Shown here piece by piece: positions 28,477-32,000 of a stretch of DNA of 32,000 bases. Source of the stretch: Candidatus Thorarchaeota archaeon (GTDB lineage: Archaea > Asgardarchaeota > Thorarchaeia > Thorarchaeales > Thorarchaeaceae); NCBI GenBank assembly GCA_003345555.1, contig PRDJ01000035.1:30001-62000 (forward strand). Direction: 5' to 3'. The position numbers and the translations under genes were made by a program. Numbering within the stretch: position 1 is the stretch's first letter; each line of letters starts with the position of its first letter. The notes under the pieces are model-generated. The model was not told the DNA's origin and did not search any database. It saw only the letters and a program-made list of their open reading frames with translations.

Positions 28477-28733
28477 TTATCTACGTGACAAAGACGAGTA
28501 CCCTAGCTTGAATCAGGCTTTATTGACTGCTTTTCTTACACAAAACACTTTCTGCGGTAAGGCCTTTCTCGATGGCACCGAGTGCCGTCAAGCCATCCCT
28601 TCTCCAATATGACGCGACTTGTTCGTTATAGACCTACCCGCCGCAAGCACAACAGACAAGTACGCTTGCGATAATTGGTCTTGGCGCATCATTTCACTTG
28701 AGATTCTCAGTATGCGCCGAGGTTCTCAGACAA

Positions 28734-30578
28734 ATGAAGAGTCGGAGTAAGCCCCCCAGCACTTCTGGCACCAAGACGCAGGAGGAGATTCTGCGATACC
28801 ACGCCCTCATTGATAACATGAATGAAGGATTCTGTGTCGTTGACCTCGACTCCAAGATAGTTTACGTGAACAAACGTTTCTGTGGAATGTTCGGGTATAC
28901 CACGGAAGACATGTTTGGTCGGGACGTTCATGAGTTCCTAGACAAACGCAACAGTGGCATATTCGACAAGCACAACAAGAAGAGGGCAAGGGGTCTTCCA
29001 TCGCAATATGAACTGGAGTGGATCACGAAGACCGGTAGAGTGCTTCCGACGCTTGTGTCGGGTGCTCCTCTCGTTGATACGCAAGGTGTTCAACGTGGCT
29101 CGTTTGCAGTTGTCTGTGACTTGACGGAACGTCGAAAGGTGGAAGATGCATCGAAGGCGTCTGAGGCTAAGTATAGGGCTCTAGCAGAGGAGATGACTCA
29201 GGGGCTCGTTATCGTAAAGGATGACAGGTATGTCTACGCAAACAAGGCGTTCGCGGAGATGCTCGGTTATTCGCCAAAGGAGATAGTTGACATGTCCTCG
29301 AGTAAGGCTTGGTCTCTCGTACAGCCTGAGGACCAGGGTATCTTGCGTCAGTATGGAGCGGACCGCCGAGCAGGCAAGAAAGCTCCATCTCACTACAGAT
29401 ATCGCTTAGTTGCACGCAACGGGTCGACTCACTGGGTGGAGGCGTTTGTTACTGAAACTGATTTCGGAGGAAGCCCTGCGTTGCAGGTGTTGCTGATTGA
29501 TGTAACAGAGCGAGTGGAAAGAGACGAAGCTTTTCTTGCTTCAGAGGCGAAATATCGTGCTCTGGCCGAACAGTCAAGCCAAGGAATCATGATAATAGGT
29601 GACGAAGGATTTGCTTACATCAACAAGGCATTCGCCCAGATGGTGGGATACTCTGTTGACGAACTAATGAGAAAGAACATGATTGAGATATGGGACTTGA
29701 TCCATCCCGAAGATCAGCCCGTCGTAATGACGCAAATTCAGAACCTCTTCGCACGAAGGGCCGTGCCGCCTAGGTATCAATACCGTCTAGTTCGCAAGGA
29801 CGGTGAGATATGCTGGGTTGAAGCATTCTCAGGCCCAATTCAATATGAGGGCAAGCAGGCAATCCAGACCATGATTGTGGACGTGACCGAGCGATTGAGA
29901 GTCGAGAGAGCAACAGGCGTCACGAAGGATAGGGCGTCGTTCTACTTGGATGTAATGGGGCATGATTTGAAGAATCAGCTACAGGTTGTTGTCAATAGTG
30001 CGGCACTGTTGCGTATTGCACAAGATGACAGCCGGAAGTCCTCGCTTTTGGAGGTCATTGAGAATGCTGTTCAGAGATGTTCTAGGCTTATAGAGGAGGT
30101 CCGAGCGACAGAACAGCTAATGAGCATCCCCTTGGCAGAGCGGCCGTTGAATGTCGCTTTGAAGGGGTGTGTCCAAGCTATCTCCAGCCGTGTCACAGAT
30201 GCGGTGTTCGAGGCAGTCTATGAAGTGGATGATGCCTGGATCTACGCGGACGGCTATCTTGAGCTGCTGCTTTCCAACATACTCGTGAATGCGGTTGAGC
30301 ACAACCCGAGTTCGGACAAGCATGTTTGGGTCGGACTGAAGGACGACGGTCAGTTCTATGTGGTCTCCATCTCAGACAACGGACCCGGTATTCCTGATTC
30401 GTCCAAGGCCATTCTCTTCGATCCTGCTAGGCGGTTTGGAGGAATGGGTATCCACCAGTCAAATCAGATTATTGAGAAATACAGGGGTAAGATCGACATC
30501 GTGGACAGAGTAGTGGGACATCAAGACATGGGAGCTGAATTCAGAATATGGTTCCCGAAAGCAGTGAGAAGCAGCTAG
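28734..30578 (+). CDS. Cytoplasmic histidine kinase with three PAS/PAC domains
   Basis: Three PAS repeats ending CDLTERR, IDVTER and VDVTER; H-box MGHDLKNQLQ; NILVNAVEH; DNGPGIP; short GGMGI G2 box. Start probably ATG 28734 (track gives TTG 28698). Confidence 0.92.
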   Translation: MKSRSKPPSTSGTKTQEEILRYHALIDNMNEGFCVVDLDSKIVYVNKRFCGMFGYTTEDMFGRDVHEFLDKRNSGIFDKHNKKRARGLPSQYELEWITKTGRVLPTLVSGAPLVDTQGVQRGSFAVVCDLTERRKVEDASKASEAKYRALAEEMTQGLVIVKDDRYVYANKAFAEMLGYSPKEIVDMSSSKAWSLVQPEDQGILRQYGADRRAGKKAPSHYRYRLVARNGSTHWVEAFVTETDFGGSPALQVLLIDVTERVERDEAFLASEAKYRALAEQSSQGIMIIGDEGFAYINKAFAQMVGYSVDELMRKNMIEIWDLIHPEDQPVVMTQIQNLFARRAVPPRYQYRLVRKDGEICWVEAFSGPIQYEGKQAIQTMIVDVTERLRVERATGVTKDRASFYLDVMGHDLKNQLQVVVNSAALLRIAQDDSRKSSLLEVIENAVQRCSRLIEEVRATEQLMSIPLAERPLNVALKGCVQAISSRVTDAVFEAVYEVDDAWIYADGYLELLLSNILVNAVEHNPSSDKHVWVGLKDDGQFYVVSISDNGPGIPDSSKAILFDPARRFGGMGIHQSNQIIEKYRGKIDIVDRVVGHQDMGAEFRIWFPKAVRSS

Positions 30579-31435
30579 TGTTCCTCAATCACGTCTATGT
30601 CATCGTCACTGCTGGCTCCGATTTTCAGTTCCTTTGCGCGCCGTACCTGCGGTAGGTCCCAGACATCCATGTTCAGCTTGTTGTCCGCATTGAATGTTTG
30701 TAGAATCCGTACGCCCTGAACGTCTATTGAGACCATATCTCCGCTTGCCAGAATGATTCCCGGTTCTTCCACACGACCAGAAGCCGGGCCGCCGGTCACA
30801 AAGACCTTCCTTGCATCCATCACAATAAGCACGGGATGAAAGAATGACGCTAGCTCAACCACCTTCTCCTCCAGGTGGCTCATATGCATCTTCACCCTGT
30901 CCTGTCTGTTCATCCAACCCACAAGCAGCTTCATGCTTGCTGTGAATCGTGCATACTTGTGCGTCTTCAGACATGGTGCCAACACGAGTGTTCCAATGTC
31001 GAGCAGCGGCTTCCCGATATGTGTCTCCTTGAGGAACTTGCCGTCTGCAATCCTCACCTTGGTGTATGGTTGCTCCTCAAGGAAAACAATGTCTGCTCCA
31101 AGCCTCTCGGCAACTTCGGTCAGTCCAACTCTACTGGACGCCTCTCTTGTTGAAGCCGTTACCATCGAGCTCTCAGCAATCTGTATCTTATCTGCCCCTG
31201 CGTCCAGAATGTTCCGACCTAGAGCCTCGACAAAGCTGGCATCACTGCTGGCCGGGTAGGGGTCTGCCGTGTTCAGGTTGGGTTTAATCGTGACAGTGTC
31301 GCCGGGCACGATAGCTTTGTCAAAGCCTCCAATGAGGTCTACTGCTTTCTTTATGGAAGCACGGAGGTCGGAGCTTGCATGCACTTTGCTGACAAGGAAT
31401 TTGCCATCTCTGACGAATGGCCTTGCTGATTGCAT
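30575..31435 (-). CDS. DUF362 domain protein
   Basis: GDTVTIKPNL, IAESS, PCLKTH...FTASMKLLVG, MDAR..FVTGGP, DMVSID motifs. Confidence 0.85.
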   Translation of the reverse strand: MQSARPFVRDGKFLVSKVHASSDLRASIKKAVDLIGGFDKAIVPGDTVTIKPNLNTADPYPASSDASFVEALGRNILDAGADKIQIAESSMVTASTREASSRVGLTEVAERLGADIVFLEEQPYTKVRIADGKFLKETHIGKPLLDIGTLVLAPCLKTHKYARFTASMKLLVGWMNRQDRVKMHMSHLEEKVVELASFFHPVLIVMDARKVFVTGGPASGRVEEPGIILASGDMVSIDVQGVRILQTFNADNKLNMDVWDLPQVRRAKELKIGASSDDDIDVIEEH

Positions 31436-31693
31436 GATTGAAAAGTGCTGGCCTAGGTGTCAAATACCTTTCTCAATGACATGAACTGGCGAACGGAAAC
31501 GCGAGACCATTCAGTCATTAGGTTAGAACACTTGTCCATGTCTGCACAAGCCAATTCCGTCTTGGCTTCACTACTGTCCAACTGATTCAAGGACCGGAAA
31601 CCGCTCATGTTCGCCAACCTGACGCGGATTGCAACGGCGCCTTCGTGTGCAAACGTCCAAGTTAATATGCAGGAACGCGCTGCCTTTGGAACC

Positions 31694-32000
31694 ATGTCTG
31701 AGCCAATGATAAAGGAACTTGAATCGAGATTCGTAGAGGTTGTCGAGAAAGTTGTGCCCAGTGTAGTGAGTGTGTCTACAGTGGCTCTGGCGCGCGTACA
31801 GATGTCCCAGATAGTCCCAGTGCAAGGTCAAGGTTCAGGTGTTGTCTTGACTGAGAAAGGTTTCATTGTCACCAATGCACATGTTGTGGAAGGAGCCAGA
31901 GACATCGGAGTGACCATGTCTGACGGCGAAGCTTTCAAGGCTGTTCTCGTTGGTCAGTCGCGAGTGAGAGACCTCGCGGTTCTGAAGATTGATACAAAGA
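31694..32000 (+). CDS. HtrA/DegP-like trypsin-family serine protease (partial, runs off right edge)
   Basis: Not in the ORF track. Manual translation: MSEPMIKELESRFVEVVEKVVPSVVSV...GQGSGVVLTEKGFIVTNAHVVEGA...DLAVLKI, including the catalytic His (TNAHV) and Asp (DLAVL) motifs. Confidence 0.9.
   Translation, partial: MSEPMIKELESRFVEVVEKVVPSVVSVSTVALARVQMSQIVPVQGQGSGVVLTEKGFIVTNAHVVEGARDIGVTMSDGEAFKAVLVGQSRVRDLAVLKIDTK

Noticed and set aside
30575-30578. 4-bp CTAG overlap of the convergent stop codons of the PAS kinase and DUF362
   Set aside because: A common compact-genome arrangement with no evidence of function.
1-32000. CRISPR array, transposase, integrase or other defence/mobile element
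   Set aside because: No spaced direct repeats, terminal inverted repeats or recombinase/nuclease motifs were seen; gene style and composition look uniform.

Overview
Gene-dense (~53% GC by eye) archaeal window, most consistent with an Asgard archaeon, probably Thorarchaeia. This is inferred from an unprenylated Rab-like GTPase, a PCI-like winged-helix protein and orphan archaeal-type histidine kinases. It holds about 22 CDSs, two truncated by the window edges: a large GNAT fusion, a ~16-TM sensor histidine kinase with an extra C-terminal domain, a molybdopterin oxidoreductase, three ArsB/NhaD-like permeases, an M29 aminopeptidase, TSUP, a small GNAT, an SPL-like radical SAM, GyrI-like, SDR, PhzF, two MFS, CopA, a Rab-like GTPase, a YcaQ-like protein, a polyprenol kinase-like protein, a tandem SRPBCC protein, a 3xPAS kinase, DUF362 and an HtrA-like protease. 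I found no rRNA, tRNA, CRISPR array or mobile element. The top candidate for a new system is the membrane histidine kinase (1374-4340), whose C-terminal ~230 aa read like a folliculin/DENN-type GTPase-regulator module. That would be a possible direct link between two-component sensing and small-GTPase signalling. Other unusual architectures are a 2[4Fe-4S] ferredoxin inserted inside the cofactor-binding domain of the Mo enzyme, a PolX-like helical domain on the radical SAM protein and a membrane-anchored PCI-like protein. All domain calls are by-eye motif recognition; no searches were run.
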